In this document: positions 37,706 to 47,635 of the stretch, one piece after another
Layout of the letters: each line of letters begins with the position of its first letter
Position numbering within the stretch: position 1 is the first letter of the stretch
Virus record (IMG/VR): IMGVR_UViG_3300028602_000008
Source of the DNA: an uncultured virus (IMG/VR IMGVR_UViG_3300028602_000008)
Taxonomy: Duplodnaviria; Heunggongvirae; Uroviricota; Caudoviricetes
DNA: 64,000 bases
Reading direction: 5' to 3' (one strand)
Program-made: the position numbers and the translations under genes
The notes under the pieces: model-generated
What the model was told of the DNA's origin: nothing
What the model saw: only the letters and a program-made list of their open reading frames with translations
The model's database searches: none

Positions 37706-38049
37706 GTTTTGACCTCGAAATGTGTTAAGTGGGTTTGGTCTTTGGTCGCGCACGCTCTGCCGGCGCGGTCGAAAATCGGCCGTAGTACTGCTAAGTCCTT
37801 TTTGTTTCTTTCTTCATTTACGCTTCTCTCTTTCGTCATCTGAATCACCTGTTTTTGTTGTACAAATCTCTATATACTATGCTGAACATCGTTATCATAG
37901 GACATTATCTTCTGAGATCTCGCTGGTTTCAAATGGTGTCCTTTTGCGAGTGCCTAGACTGATTCCCTTCTGCGGCCAAGCTTCTGGGAATCAGCTCTAG
38001 CTCAGTATTTGAGCAGGCCCTTAGGTAAGGTCTGCTCCATTACCTCATT

Positions 38050-38529
38050 CTAATAATGCCTTTTTACCTTTGCGGGATCTTTCCCAAGCATGGCCCAACG
38101 GTTGTCACTACCGGTTCCTCGGTCGTACTGATACCGGCACCCATGGTACTCACCACAAATGCGACATTTGTAAACCTGGTAACCCTGGGTGTCCTGGGCA
38201 TTATCTTTGCTGTTTTCCGGGTGGTCTACAACATCAAGCTGGCTGATTTGATCGTTCCGGCATCGATAGCATAGTGGTTGTCTGTACACGAAAGGAGAAT
38301 CATCCGGTATGATGTATGTCTCAACGCAGATGGGAACGTCCTTTCGTCGTCGTAGGGCCCCCAGTTGGAGCTGTTGGGTGATGATCTCCACTGGGAGAGC
38401 TTTGCCTTCGATTTCGACTACTTGCTCATTGACATACATCCCACCTGAGAGTTTGCATTTGCAGTATCGCATTTCCTTATCTGTGGTTGATACGATGTCG
38501 CTACAAAGTGGACAAAAAATAAGAATCAT
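38050..38529 (-). CDS. Multi Zn-finger hypothetical protein
   Basis: CPLC.D.V...CKC; CYRC; CRICG. Confidence 0.7.
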   Translation of the reverse strand: MILIFCPLCSDIVSTTDKEMRYCKCKLSGGMYVNEQVVEIEGKALPVEIITQQLQLGALRRRKDVPICVETYIIPDDSPFVYRQPLCYRCRNDQISQLDVVDHPENSKDNAQDTQGYQVYKCRICGEYHGCRYQYDRGTGSDNRWAMLGKDPAKVKRHY

Positions 38530-38885
38530 TCTTGATCTCCGTAAGTGATGATCTTGTATGGTTTTTCTTCAATTTTCATGCATCGAATCATGTTCTTGGT
38601 GCCAGGAGATTCCCCGTCCCAGAATGCCAATAGGGATTCTCCATATTCAGCCATGGCCTTGTTTCGAGCTGGGACTGCAGACTTGCCCTCGCTCCACTTG
38701 GCTGGCATGAGCTTCACAGGTATATCGTGTTCCTCTGCCCATCGCTTCCCCAGGGAGTCGGCCCCCTTGGCCCCCCCACAGACTACTTCGGTTACTTCTT
38801 CCACGTTATTATGTACCCTATCTGCGATTTCACATAGGAGTTCGTAGTTGTCAAAGGTCCTGCTGCCTGAGATAATTAGTTTCAT
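38526..38885 (-). CDS. SLOG/YspA-like (DUF2493) protein
   Basis: IISGSR, VCGGAKGAD, RNKAM, AFWDGESPGTKNM. Confidence 0.9.
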   Translation of the reverse strand: MKLIISGSRTFDNYELLCEIADRVHNNVEEVTEVVCGGAKGADSLGKRWAEEHDIPVKLMPAKWSEGKSAVPARNKAMAEYGESLLAFWDGESPGTKNMIRCMKIEEKPYKIITYGDQE

Positions 38886-38887
38886 GG

Positions 38888-40429
38888 TTATTTCCTCCAC
38901 ACCAGTGCGTTTTTGAACCATTGCTCGAAGTATATCTTGTTTTGACTGAAGAAGTAGCTAAAGTTCAGATCCAGTATGTATGTTTCTGAATAGTCGTCCG
39001 GACCTCTGGTAGTTCGACCTGCAGCCTGTTGAATGGAGATGGCTGTGGTCATCCGATACCATTGATCGATGTTGTACTTTTTCTCGTCGGAATCGTTTCT
39101 CTTTTTTACCCAGCCGCCCAGGCCAGGATAGGGTACTTTTGGAATGACATTTCTTTGAAACTGTTTACCGTTTAAGCTCAGCCCTTCGTCAAAGGCCATG
39201 CAAAGCCCGATGCACTCTTTTGCAGCCAGGAACTGCTCAAGCCATTCCTCGCGTCTTTTCTCTTCCTGCAGGATCACCAAGGGGCTATTAAGGGCATTTT
39301 TGAGCTTCAGGCCCAGGCCAAAGCTGTGGCAATGCACAATAGTTTGCCGTGGATAGCTTTTGTGGATCTCCATGATCTTGGCAGCCATGGCTGGGATGGT
39401 TTTGTCCTGGTGTTTCTGGCTCATTTTGCCCACGGGATGATAGAACACCCTTCGCTGGCTGACAGGGATTGGGTGCGGAGCTTCAATTCTGGTGAACTCA
39501 TTGCATAGCAGTGTTGTGTTTGGTGTTGCTGAGGACATTATGACCAGCTTTGGCTTTTTGGTGAAGGCCTCGAATAATGGCTTGCCGTAGATGAGTTTGA
39601 ATCTGCGCTGGTCGTCGATGTAATAATCATTTGGATCACGAGCTAGCTGCAGGATTCTACCAACTTTGCCCATCTTTCGATCTACGGTGTTTAGTTCTTT
39701 CGTAACGGCTTGAATCTGAGCCATTAAATCAGCCAACAGCTTCTCATTTTTCTCAAACCTCCTTTTAGACATTATCATTTCTAATTTTTCGTTTAACTCT
39801 TCCTTTTCGACATTTAGATCGTAGAACCAATCACGCAGGCTATTTACGAGGTCGTCAATGTCAATGCGAGGTGGTAATACGATCTCGAAATGGTTCAACA
39901 GTTTATTTTCGACACCAGTTGATTCGTCGAAGATATACATGTCGGCTGCGGCTGAATTGTAGAGGATGAAGTCGAATGTGCATGCTTTCAGAGAGGCGTT
40001 TTTGAATTCCTGTTTAGCTATTGCATATTCACAACCTTTGCAAGAGTCGGGTCTCTCTCTGATGAGCTTGGCTGTACGATAAGGGCATTCAGAAGCGTTT
40101 AAACCGATCAGGGTAGCGCAGGGATAGTTGCTTTTTCCGGTAACGGTTGGGATTCCCAGTGTGGTTTCTTCTGCAATCTGAGCTACAAGATTTTTGAGGG
40201 GTGTGGTATAAATTACGTTTTGGAACTCGCCGGGGTATTTATCCAATAAGGCTAATGCGACAGCTCTATTGATTATGGTTTTGCCACTTCCGGTTGGAGA
40301 TGCAGATTCTATTATTCTTGATTTGATTTCTCCGGATCTGATTTTGTCATAGGTATCCAACATGGACTGAATCGCTTCGCGCTGACCAATTCTATATTTT
40401 GGATATATGTTGTAGGTATCGAGATTCAT
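38888..40429 (-). CDS. DinG/XPD(Rad3)-like SF2 helicase
   Basis: R.GQ, SPTGSGKT, GKSNYPC..C..C..C, FDES, MSAT, PKVPYP, QAAGRTTRGPDD. Confidence 0.88.
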   Translation of the reverse strand: MNLDTYNIYPKYRIGQREAIQSMLDTYDKIRSGEIKSRIIESASPTGSGKTIINRAVALALLDKYPGEFQNVIYTTPLKNLVAQIAEETTLGIPTVTGKSNYPCATLIGLNASECPYRTAKLIRERPDSCKGCEYAIAKQEFKNASLKACTFDFILYNSAAADMYIFDESTGVENKLLNHFEIVLPPRIDIDDLVNSLRDWFYDLNVEKEELNEKLEMIMSKRRFEKNEKLLADLMAQIQAVTKELNTVDRKMGKVGRILQLARDPNDYYIDDQRRFKLIYGKPLFEAFTKKPKLVIMSSATPNTTLLCNEFTRIEAPHPIPVSQRRVFYHPVGKMSQKHQDKTIPAMAAKIMEIHKSYPRQTIVHCHSFGLGLKLKNALNSPLVILQEEKRREEWLEQFLAAKECIGLCMAFDEGLSLNGKQFQRNVIPKVPYPGLGGWVKKRNDSDEKKYNIDQWYRMTTAISIQQAAGRTTRGPDDYSETYILDLNFSYFFSQNKIYFEQWFKNALVWRK

Positions 40430-40508
40430 GTTTTCCTCACCACATTTTTATACTACATCTACATTCATTGTTTCAAGCTAACTGGAATAGAGAAAATGCC
40501 CTCCGATT

Positions 40509-40784
40509 TCAGTTAGCTTCTATTGCCACATATAGTTTTATGAGTGCTTTTGTTATACTACTATCCTTATTCAAGATGTAGAAGCGGGTTCTTCGGTCTG
40601 AGCTGATGGTTGCAACCAGGCCATATTTATCCAATGTCCGCCATGCGTCATAAAGTGTTTTCCGGCCCATTCCTAGTTCGGCGATGATTTGAGATTTGTT
40701 GTAATTATTTGGGCTATTTTCGATTAGAAAACCTATGATTTTCATGGCTGGTTTGTTTCCAGTTAATTCATCGTAGCGTTCCAT
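40509..40784 (-). CDS. Winged-helix transcription regulator (archaeal type)
   Basis: KIIGFLIEN...YNKSQI...GRKTLY...L.KYGLV...YILN.DS. Confidence 0.8.
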   Translation of the reverse strand: MERYDELTGNKPAMKIIGFLIENSPNNYNKSQIIAELGMGRKTLYDAWRTLDKYGLVATISSDRRTRFYILNKDSSITKALIKLYVAIEAN

Positions 40785-40847
40785 AGAAGATACTCTAGGA
40801 TATCTATAATATATGTAGTTTTTGGTAAGATGTTCGAGAAGTAGTAT

Positions 40848-41148
40848 GGCAGGACATTGAGACCCTCCTGCCTGGGCAAGTGATTTTGTTGAGATTTGAG
40901 AGCTGGGGATTGATCCTCAAAGTTGTCTAGACCACGAGGGACCCCCGTTTTAGTTTAGGTGCCGAAATTGTGTCATCGGCGGGACAAGTTGATTACTGAG
41001 AAGCCTCGTATGTTCAGGCTTTGCCTGTCGCCACTGCGATTCTGGCGCGGGCGGCCATGGTCGAAAGCCCATTCTTGATATCTATATCATATATATCGAA
41101 CATATTTAGGTCCTCTCAATTCTGCTGCCCTATAGGCAGCGCTCTCAA
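40848..41148 (+). ncRNA. Candidate structured non-coding RNA
   Basis: At least six hairpins plus long-range pairings; no credible ORF. Confidence 0.45.
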
Positions 41149-41203
41149 CGTTCTTTCATGAGTTCTTATAGTTTTCGCTACTTGCGGCCATTAAGCGTCG
41201 CAA

Positions 41204-41677
41204 TTAATATTTTCCAAGTTTCTTGAACACTTTTTCTGAGGTGCCTTGTGGTTTCTTTATCACCACTCCTCCACCATGTGCGTTCCAGAATAACCGCATT
41301 TTTGCGATCAGGGCCAAGCCATTGGTACCGAATTTCTCGTGCCACTGATCCAGATTCATCCATGTGAGATTATTGGGATCTTTCAGCGAGATCCAATCCG
41401 GATCTTCAGCCATCATCTGCTTGACCAATTCAGAATCTATCACCACGCCAAAGATCTTGGAGGGAAGCGGATCTTTCTCGTTTTTGATGCTATTGTATTG
41501 CACCGTGACGATTCCCGCTCCACTTGGATTCTTGATCAGCAATCCAGTGATGAGATCTAATATGCCAATATCAGGAGAGGCTATTCTCAAGTCGCTGGGA
41601 AGCCTCGCCTCCGGGCCGGGGAAGAAACATATCCCGTCTTCGTCCAGCCAGCCTTTCTCATTTTCGGTTTCTGGCAC
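41204..41677 (-). CDS. Hypothetical protein
   Basis: 157 aa, co-oriented. Confidence 0.65.
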   Translation of the reverse strand: MPETENEKGWLDEDGICFFPGPEARLPSDLRIASPDIGILDLITGLLIKNPSGAGIVTVQYNSIKNEKDPLPSKIFGVVIDSELVKQMMAEDPDWISLKDPNNLTWMNLDQWHEKFGTNGLALIAKMRLFWNAHGGGVVIKKPQGTSEKVFKKLGKY

Positions 41678-41682
41678 CTAAA

Positions 41683-42015
41683 TCAACTCCATAACGAATA
41701 TGCGGCAAGGCCTAAACCCTGCCAGCTTGATATTGCATCTTGCGACACGTAGGCGCTCCAGCCCAGTGGAGAAACGCTTCCATATACCCGTTCCTTGAGG
41801 GTGGTCTTGGTCAGGATCTGGGCATAGTCCTGGTTGCTGCCTATTTGATCCAGGATCATTTTGGTATGTTCTGACGCACCTCCGGCTGGATAGATGAGAT
41901 TAATTTCATTTACTAATATAACGGAAGAGGGCTCAAAAGAGCCCGCTTGTACCGCGTGGGAAGCTACGACCAGCAATATCCATGCCGTTATTGCAGCGAC
42001 AACTAATTCTTTCAT
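41683..42015 (-). CDS. Secreted hypothetical protein
   Basis: N-terminal signal peptide. Confidence 0.65.
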   Translation of the reverse strand: MKELVVAAITAWILLVVASHAVQAGSFEPSSVILVNEINLIYPAGGASEHTKMILDQIGSNQDYAQILTKTTLKERVYGSVSPLGWSAYVSQDAISSWQGLGLAAYSLWS

Positions 42016-42045
42016 GATTCTGCTCCATTTATTTAATTAACAGAA

Positions 42046-42822
42046 TCATACGCACGGGAGCCAGTCAACAGAAATAGCGCCGCAGGTGGAGTTGCCCCAG
42101 AGCTGGATGAACTTCTCGATGGAGAAGACGCCAGTCATGTCGTCTACAGAGCGGCCATACTCGGCATGGCGGCCCTTGAGCTGATTGTCAGCATTTGGAT
42201 CCCTGGAGATCCAGCCGATGTGAGCAACACCGATTACGTTACTGTTCAGATTAGCCTCAAGGACTCCGGTGCAGCACGCCGGGCAGCTCCCATCCGCGCC
42301 GTTTGTTTTGTCCGTGTCTCTGGAAGATTGGACCGCGCCGTAACCTCTGGTCTTGACCTCGGTGGTCCTCTGCAGGTGCTCAGCGTGGGTGTACATCTCA
42401 GTCAGCACTGCGCCGATTCTGTAGTTCTGAACGCACAATTTGTCGGTCCACTTCGCATCGTACTGTCCGGTCTGGTATGAGACAGGCATGTACTCGAACT
42501 CAGCTTCCTTGGTGAAGTTGATGTAATCCATGGGGCACATAACACCAGTGGGCCATTGACAATCTCCGGCAATCTCGGTTCCGCCTCGTTTCAGTTGTCT
42601 CTCGGCTTCCAACTCAATTCTTTCGGTGATAACGTTACCGGAGCCGGATTCTTTTGCCACCAGTTTCTGGCCCTCAAAACCAGTCTGGGTGGATATAATG
42701 ATCTCTAGCGACTTGTATCCTACGCCCTTCACGGACGCCTTTTCATACATGTAGTTGGCAGCTCCTGCCATACCTACAACTGTCATCGCAATGATGACTA
42801 AAATAGCTATTAGTTTTCTCAT
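42046..42822 (-). CDS. Secreted Cys-containing beta-rich protein, candidate Methanothrix major sheath protein (MspA)-like
   Basis: Signal peptide, alternating polar/hydrophobic strands, ends DWLPCV; GC-rich third positions; family assignment from memory. Confidence 0.5.
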   Translation of the reverse strand: MRKLIAILVIIAMTVVGMAGAANYMYEKASVKGVGYKSLEIIISTQTGFEGQKLVAKESGSGNVITERIELEAERQLKRGGTEIAGDCQWPTGVMCPMDYINFTKEAEFEYMPVSYQTGQYDAKWTDKLCVQNYRIGAVLTEMYTHAEHLQRTTEVKTRGYGAVQSSRDTDKTNGADGSCPACCTGVLEANLNSNVIGVAHIGWISRDPNADNQLKGRHAEYGRSVDDMTGVFSIEKFIQLWGNSTCGAISVDWLPCV

Positions 42823-42955
42823 TTCTTTCCCTCAGGATATCTGTGATTATAAGCACCCCCTCACTAATAGAGGGTCCGGACTCTACATGGATAGTAGGAG
42901 CCAAACATCGAGTCCGGTATAATTACGATGCGCCCATAGTATTTATTTTCTTGGA

Positions 42956-45448
42956 TTAGCTGAATAGGGTTTGTTGTCTGGACTTTCTCATTAAATCCAT
43001 CGCTCCTATTCCGAAACTTGCGAAGATTCTTGAAAGCGGCGGCAAAAGCTGTTTTTCCACATAATAGTCCGTATCTATTTTTAGGTTGTGAGTCAGGATA
43101 TATTCAGGATCTTCGGCTCTAGCCGTCATGAGTTCCTTTCTCTTTCCTCTCCGGTGATTCCCCTTGACAATAATGAAGGGAACTCGATCCCCGATGACGT
43201 ATTTATGAACGCCCCGTGCTTCCAGTTTTTTAACCAATTCTGAATGTGGTTGAACTTGTTTGTAGCTTTCGGGTTTCATAGTTAGCGTCCGGGTAAGCAC
43301 GAGATCCTTCAAAGTGTCAGGATTGGGTGCCTTGACATCGTTAAGGGCCTTCCTGGCGTGGTCGAGGGCCTGGTTGGTGTTGCCGTCGATCAGGATTAGT
43401 TCAAGGCATCGGGTAAGAGTGCTGGCTGTAAGATTGCACCAATCCCGGCGTACCGTCTCAATGCCCTTGGCTTTGATGACCCCTTTTTCCGGAGATTCGA
43501 ACCGGTACATGGCATAGTGCTTTTTGGCCACTACGAGTAGCCGTTTGGCGAAGGCCTCAAACACTAGCTCCATAGGTTCAGGCAGCCCAGCCGTGATGAT
43601 CCTGGCCAGTTCCTTACCTATCTTCTGGGCGGTCTCGAAGTCAACTCCCCCCTTGATTGAGATGAAAACTGAGTCAGTATCTCCAGACACTACTCGAAGT
43701 ACGTACTTCTTGCCTTCAAACTCAAAGTTTTGATGCTCCTCTACAATGCTGCAGGTTCTGAGAAGGTTCTCTCGGCCATATGAGGTGACTGAGTTTGCGA
43801 TGATGTGGGAAAACAGGCGAGCCCTCGTATAGCCGGTGTAACCGTAAAACGAATTCAGAAGGATCTTCATGGCTTGCTGTTTGGCGTCTAGTGCATCTCG
43901 CTCATCATCGGTGGATGCAGTTTTCATGGCCTTTTTAGCTGCGATGCGTTCAGATAATAGTTTTTTCAGGATGCGTGGGATGATACCAAGATAATGAGAG
44001 TGGGGAACGAATTTGCCTCCGCACGGCGAAACTATGTTCTCACAATCTGGTTGCTCGTCTCTGATTTCAGTCGTATAGCAGAGGTTATAGGCCATCATGA
44101 TGGTTGGATAGAGGGATTTGAAGTCCAAGATATCTACATCTTCGGTCAGGCCAATGTCTGGGGACAGCACTATGGCCCCTGTGATGGCCGCAGCAGCCAT
44201 ATCATCTTCGTCCATGGCTGTCTTAGTGCCCATGAGGCGATGTTCGACCTTGAACTCCCTAGCTAGCTTAGCTTCGATCATGTGGGATTGGCCGCCGTTT
44301 ACGACGACCTGCAGGAATGCCCCGCTAGCGCGAGAGAGCGCGAGGTATTTATCCATGACCTTCAAATCCTTGATCATCTTCATAACCAGCCATGAATCAC
44401 GTCTGGAGTATGAGATAAATTTCGCGATACCGGGGCCCTCCCAGAGGGCTCTCATCTCCCCCGGCTTGACATCAAGCTTCTCGCTGTGGAGGATTTCCTT
44501 AGCCACGTTGGCTAACTTGTAGCTCTTTAGCCGGTATTTATCGAGAGCTTTCACCGCTGGTAGCATATCGAGAACGATTCTGCCAGTGATACTGACTGTG
44601 TATTTACCCAGGAAACTCCTGCAGTAAGGAGCTTTGCCGTCCCGAGAAAATCGCAGGGGAACTTTTAGGATTTCTGCTCGCTCGGTTATATAAGGCAAAT
44701 CGAAACCAGTCGAGTTGTAACCGGCCACGATATCTGGATTAAACTCCTCGACAATAAATGACAGTTTTTTTAACAGCTCAGTTTCGTTATTTGAGCAAAC
44801 GACATCATGCCTTGGACATCCGATATCCTTTGCAACCATCACTACATTGTCTTGGCCTCTCCACGGAGGCGAAAACTCAAGGCTCACGAGGATTATCGGA
44901 TTTACGTCCGATGTTGGCATACCACCGTTTTCTTTGGGTAGCGCTTCAATATCTATAGCCATGATACGCATGGGTGCTTTGGCTTTGTCCTCGACACCAA
45001 TAACATCCACATGATTGACATAAGGTTTATCGGGTAGAATGACCCACCCGGACCCAGTTATTCCGTGGTCGATCATGAACCGATCTTTGAACATGACATC
45101 GGTTTCGTATGTTACGTAGCCGTCCATGTCGCAGAATTCTTTTAGGATCTTAGTGTCTTTGGGATTTTTCACAGTAACCTTGAGCATTGGCTTGGGTTTA
45201 GATTGGAATCCGATAGGACGGAATCTCAGAATGTCCTCGAATCGCATTTCAATGCCTATCTGCTTGCCTAAATTCGCCAAGTACTTTTCGGCTGTTGGGA
45301 GAGATGGGTCCTCTATATAAAAATAAGGAAGGAATCCGGTGACACGCTTTTCAACGGGTGTTCCGTCAACCGTGATTCCATAAAGTACAATTACTGGAAA
45401 TCCATGCGGGTCGTAATTGTAGGTAGCGTCGAGAATCTGGATTTTCAT
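42956..45448 (-). CDS. polB: Family B DNA polymerase (archaeal type)
   Basis: DIE, YNSTGFD, YSRRD exo motifs; DFKSLYP, KILLNSFYG, SGDTDS, KKHYA, KGIETVRRD. Confidence 0.97.
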   Translation of the reverse strand: MKIQILDATYNYDPHGFPVIVLYGITVDGTPVEKRVTGFLPYFYIEDPSLPTAEKYLANLGKQIGIEMRFEDILRFRPIGFQSKPKPMLKVTVKNPKDTKILKEFCDMDGYVTYETDVMFKDRFMIDHGITGSGWVILPDKPYVNHVDVIGVEDKAKAPMRIMAIDIEALPKENGGMPTSDVNPIILVSLEFSPPWRGQDNVVMVAKDIGCPRHDVVCSNNETELLKKLSFIVEEFNPDIVAGYNSTGFDLPYITERAEILKVPLRFSRDGKAPYCRSFLGKYTVSITGRIVLDMLPAVKALDKYRLKSYKLANVAKEILHSEKLDVKPGEMRALWEGPGIAKFISYSRRDSWLVMKMIKDLKVMDKYLALSRASGAFLQVVVNGGQSHMIEAKLAREFKVEHRLMGTKTAMDEDDMAAAAITGAIVLSPDIGLTEDVDILDFKSLYPTIMMAYNLCYTTEIRDEQPDCENIVSPCGGKFVPHSHYLGIIPRILKKLLSERIAAKKAMKTASTDDERDALDAKQQAMKILLNSFYGYTGYTRARLFSHIIANSVTSYGRENLLRTCSIVEEHQNFEFEGKKYVLRVVSGDTDSVFISIKGGVDFETAQKIGKELARIITAGLPEPMELVFEAFAKRLLVVAKKHYAMYRFESPEKGVIKAKGIETVRRDWCNLTASTLTRCLELILIDGNTNQALDHARKALNDVKAPNPDTLKDLVLTRTLTMKPESYKQVQPHSELVKKLEARGVHKYVIGDRVPFIIVKGNHRRGKRKELMTARAEDPEYILTHNLKIDTDYYVEKQLLPPLSRIFASFGIGAMDLMRKSRQQTLFS

Positions 45449-45454
45449 AGTGCC

Positions 45455-45940
45455 TCACTGCTCTGCTAATTTTTGCAATAGCTCTCGGTTTTGATCTACG
45501 CTGTTAGCGACGTGTCGGCGTTCGCTGCTTGAGAGTGCAAACCCACCAGGAACTGGAATCGTATTACTGGCTTTCAAAGATGATAGGCTGAGGAAGAGCT
45601 TTACTTTGAAGGCTATGAACCTATCATATTTTGTGTTGTAGCTATCGATTTCGTTCCAGAGGGCTTTTTCTGACTCGTCGATTGGAAGAGCTTCTGCCAG
45701 GATTTGAGCTGGGAGATGATAGATATCTCTCATTTCGGCTACGTCCGTGATCCTACCCCATAGGGCTCCTTTGACAGCATAACCTCGTCTTAGTTCAACG
45801 GTGCGTCCAGTATATACGGTTTTGTGGTTGAATCGAGGGCTGACTGCTCGAATCTCCCAGAGCTTCGTTCCTGCTTTGAATAGGTCATACCATTTCTTGT
45901 TTAACGGCACGAAGAGTCGATCTTCACTCATGCTTGTCAT
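45455..45940 (-). CDS. ASCH/PUA-like domain protein
   Basis: L.KKWYD.F.AGTK.WEIR...RRGY. Confidence 0.75.
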   Translation of the reverse strand: MTSMSEDRLFVPLNKKWYDLFKAGTKLWEIRAVSPRFNHKTVYTGRTVELRRGYAVKGALWGRITDVAEMRDIYHLPAQILAEALPIDESEKALWNEIDSYNTKYDRFIAFKVKLFLSLSSLKASNTIPVPGGFALSSSERRHVANSVDQNRELLQKLAEQ

Positions 45941-46328
45941 ATTCCTCCGAGAATATTATTGTATCTATCTTGGCGTTTTTCAGTACCCGGCGACACATTA
46001 CGCATGGAGAATGGGTGCAATAGAGCGTGGCCCCTTTAATGGAGACTCCATGGAGAGCTGCCTGAATGATGGCATTCACCTCAGCGTGAACTGCTCTGCA
46101 GGTCTCGAATTTGGTAGCGTGCTCGGGTTTTGAGCAGCCAATGTCGAGGCAGTGCTCTTCGCCACTTGGCGCTCCATTGTAGCCGGTAGAGATGACCTGG
46201 TTGTCGATTACGAAGATGGCACCTACCTTGTTATGGGTGCATGTGGACCGAGAGGCCACTACTTTGCACATCTCTAAATAGTAAGTGTCTATATCAGGCC
46301 TGGTATCGATTAAGGTTTGGGTTTTCAT
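45924..46328 (-). CDS. dCMP deaminase
   Basis: RSTC...VGA...STGYNG...HAEVNAI...HSPCVMC. Confidence 0.93.
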   Translation of the reverse strand: MKTQTLIDTRPDIDTYYLEMCKVVASRSTCTHNKVGAIFVIDNQVISTGYNGAPSGEEHCLDIGCSKPEHATKFETCRAVHAEVNAIIQAALHGVSIKGATLYCTHSPCVMCRRVLKNAKIDTIIFSEEYDKHE

Positions 46329-46330
46329 GG

Positions 46331-46855
46331 TTACATCTCTGGAAAATTTAATTTAGCATACTCACCAAAATGTAGTTTTGCGGCTGTATCATAAGCAAGT
46401 GCAGCGTCTTTTTCGATAACAAAAAGACCTAAATAAAGCATTTTTTCGTTTTTTTGTATTTGAGCATACCATTTAGAATGTTTTTTATGCCACGTTACCC
46501 CTTTATATTGACTATGCGCATTCATATTTCGTTTTCGTTGGTTCATTGCATTTTGGGATCTTGTTACTACTCTCAAATTTTTAAGTGTGTTTTTTAGGCC
46601 ATCGTGATCAATATGATCGATTTCCTCGGACTTTAAAAGTGGTCTGTCCAATTTGATGCTCATGATAACGCGATGTATAAGATCTACTGATACAACACTA
46701 TGTAAATGTATTGTACGTGCGGCGTAATAGCGAGCGTGTGAATTACGTAGATCGCGTCTGGCATACCATTTATATTGATTCAGATATTCAAACTCGTCAT
46801 CAATTTGAGTTACCATTCCCCGAGTTAGTTGAATTTCGATCATTTCTGCCCCCAA
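46331..46855 (-). CDS. HNH-AP2 homing endonuclease
   Basis: IHR...DHIDHDGLKN...NLR; SQYKGV...LGLF..EKDAALAYD. Confidence 0.92.
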   Translation of the reverse strand: MGAEMIEIQLTRGMVTQIDDEFEYLNQYKWYARRDLRNSHARYYAARTIHLHSVVSVDLIHRVIMSIKLDRPLLKSEEIDHIDHDGLKNTLKNLRVVTRSQNAMNQRKRNMNAHSQYKGVTWHKKHSKWYAQIQKNEKMLYLGLFVIEKDAALAYDTAAKLHFGEYAKLNFPEM

Positions 46856-47151
46856 CCACGAGCTTCAAAATCTTGAAAGCGTTCAAAAGTGTGTAGAATG
46901 CCTTGTCTAAGTACATCTTTTGGTTGTATTCCGAGATCGAAGCATAACATCTCAATTTGTACCATAGCATCACCTAGCTCAAGAATTGCATTGGCTCTCA
47001 ATGCATCAGCTTCTGCTGCAAATATGCGAGCCTGGAGTAAATTATAGGCAACCAGGGCGATCTCTTTAGTCAGGATGACAATCCGGTCCTGTGGTGTCTT
47101 TTTGTCCCTCTCCAGAAGATGGAGGGTCCAAGTATTACGTTCTATTGCCAT
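46840..47151 (-). CDS. Possible MazG-like all-alpha NTP pyrophosphatase
   Basis: LTKEI...ELGDAMVQIEML; nucleotide-metabolism context; first acidic motif looks degenerate. Confidence 0.45.
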   Translation of the reverse strand: MAIERNTWTLHLLERDKKTPQDRIVILTKEIALVAYNLLQARIFAAEADALRANAILELGDAMVQIEMLCFDLGIQPKDVLRQGILHTFERFQDFEARGWGQK

Positions 47152-47629
47152 TTCTAGTATCCCATCCCCATAGGTTGTGTATCTTAACTAACTGTTCCGG
47201 TGATATCTTTATTGAATTGTATATCTTAGATCGAAGTCTTAAATAGATCGCAGCTTGTTTTCTTGAGAATTTTCTTTTCCTGTAAGTATTTAATAAGAAT
47301 TTTATTTCCCACTCATTTATGATATCTTTCCTGTCTGCGTATTCGATAACAGCTTCGTTGATGCGACCATTTCGTAAAGCGGTGAAGACTGACCCCACGG
47401 AACGAAACTCTGGTAACTGAGTAACGCAGCAGTTTCCAATTTCCAATTCGACACCATTTGCGATGTTTTTAACAACACATACCTCACAAATAGGATGACT
47501 GCATTCACATGCCATGTTATCCTTTTTATCTGCATACCAGATGTGATCCAATTCCCATTCGTATTGTGCATCTTCCCAGTTTGGTGCAATCGAATGTTCG
47601 AGTAATATAGGTATAATGGGGGCAATCAT
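47135..47629 (-). CDS. Zn-binding hypothetical protein
   Basis: W..A..EW...CECSHPI...IGNCCV. Confidence 0.7.
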   Translation of the reverse strand: MIAPIIPILLEHSIAPNWEDAQYEWELDHIWYADKKDNMACECSHPICEVCVVKNIANGVELEIGNCCVTQLPEFRSVGSVFTALRNGRINEAVIEYADRKDIINEWEIKFLLNTYRKRKFSRKQAAIYLRLRSKIYNSIKISPEQLVKIHNLWGWDTRNGNRT

Positions 47630-47635
47630 TGTATA

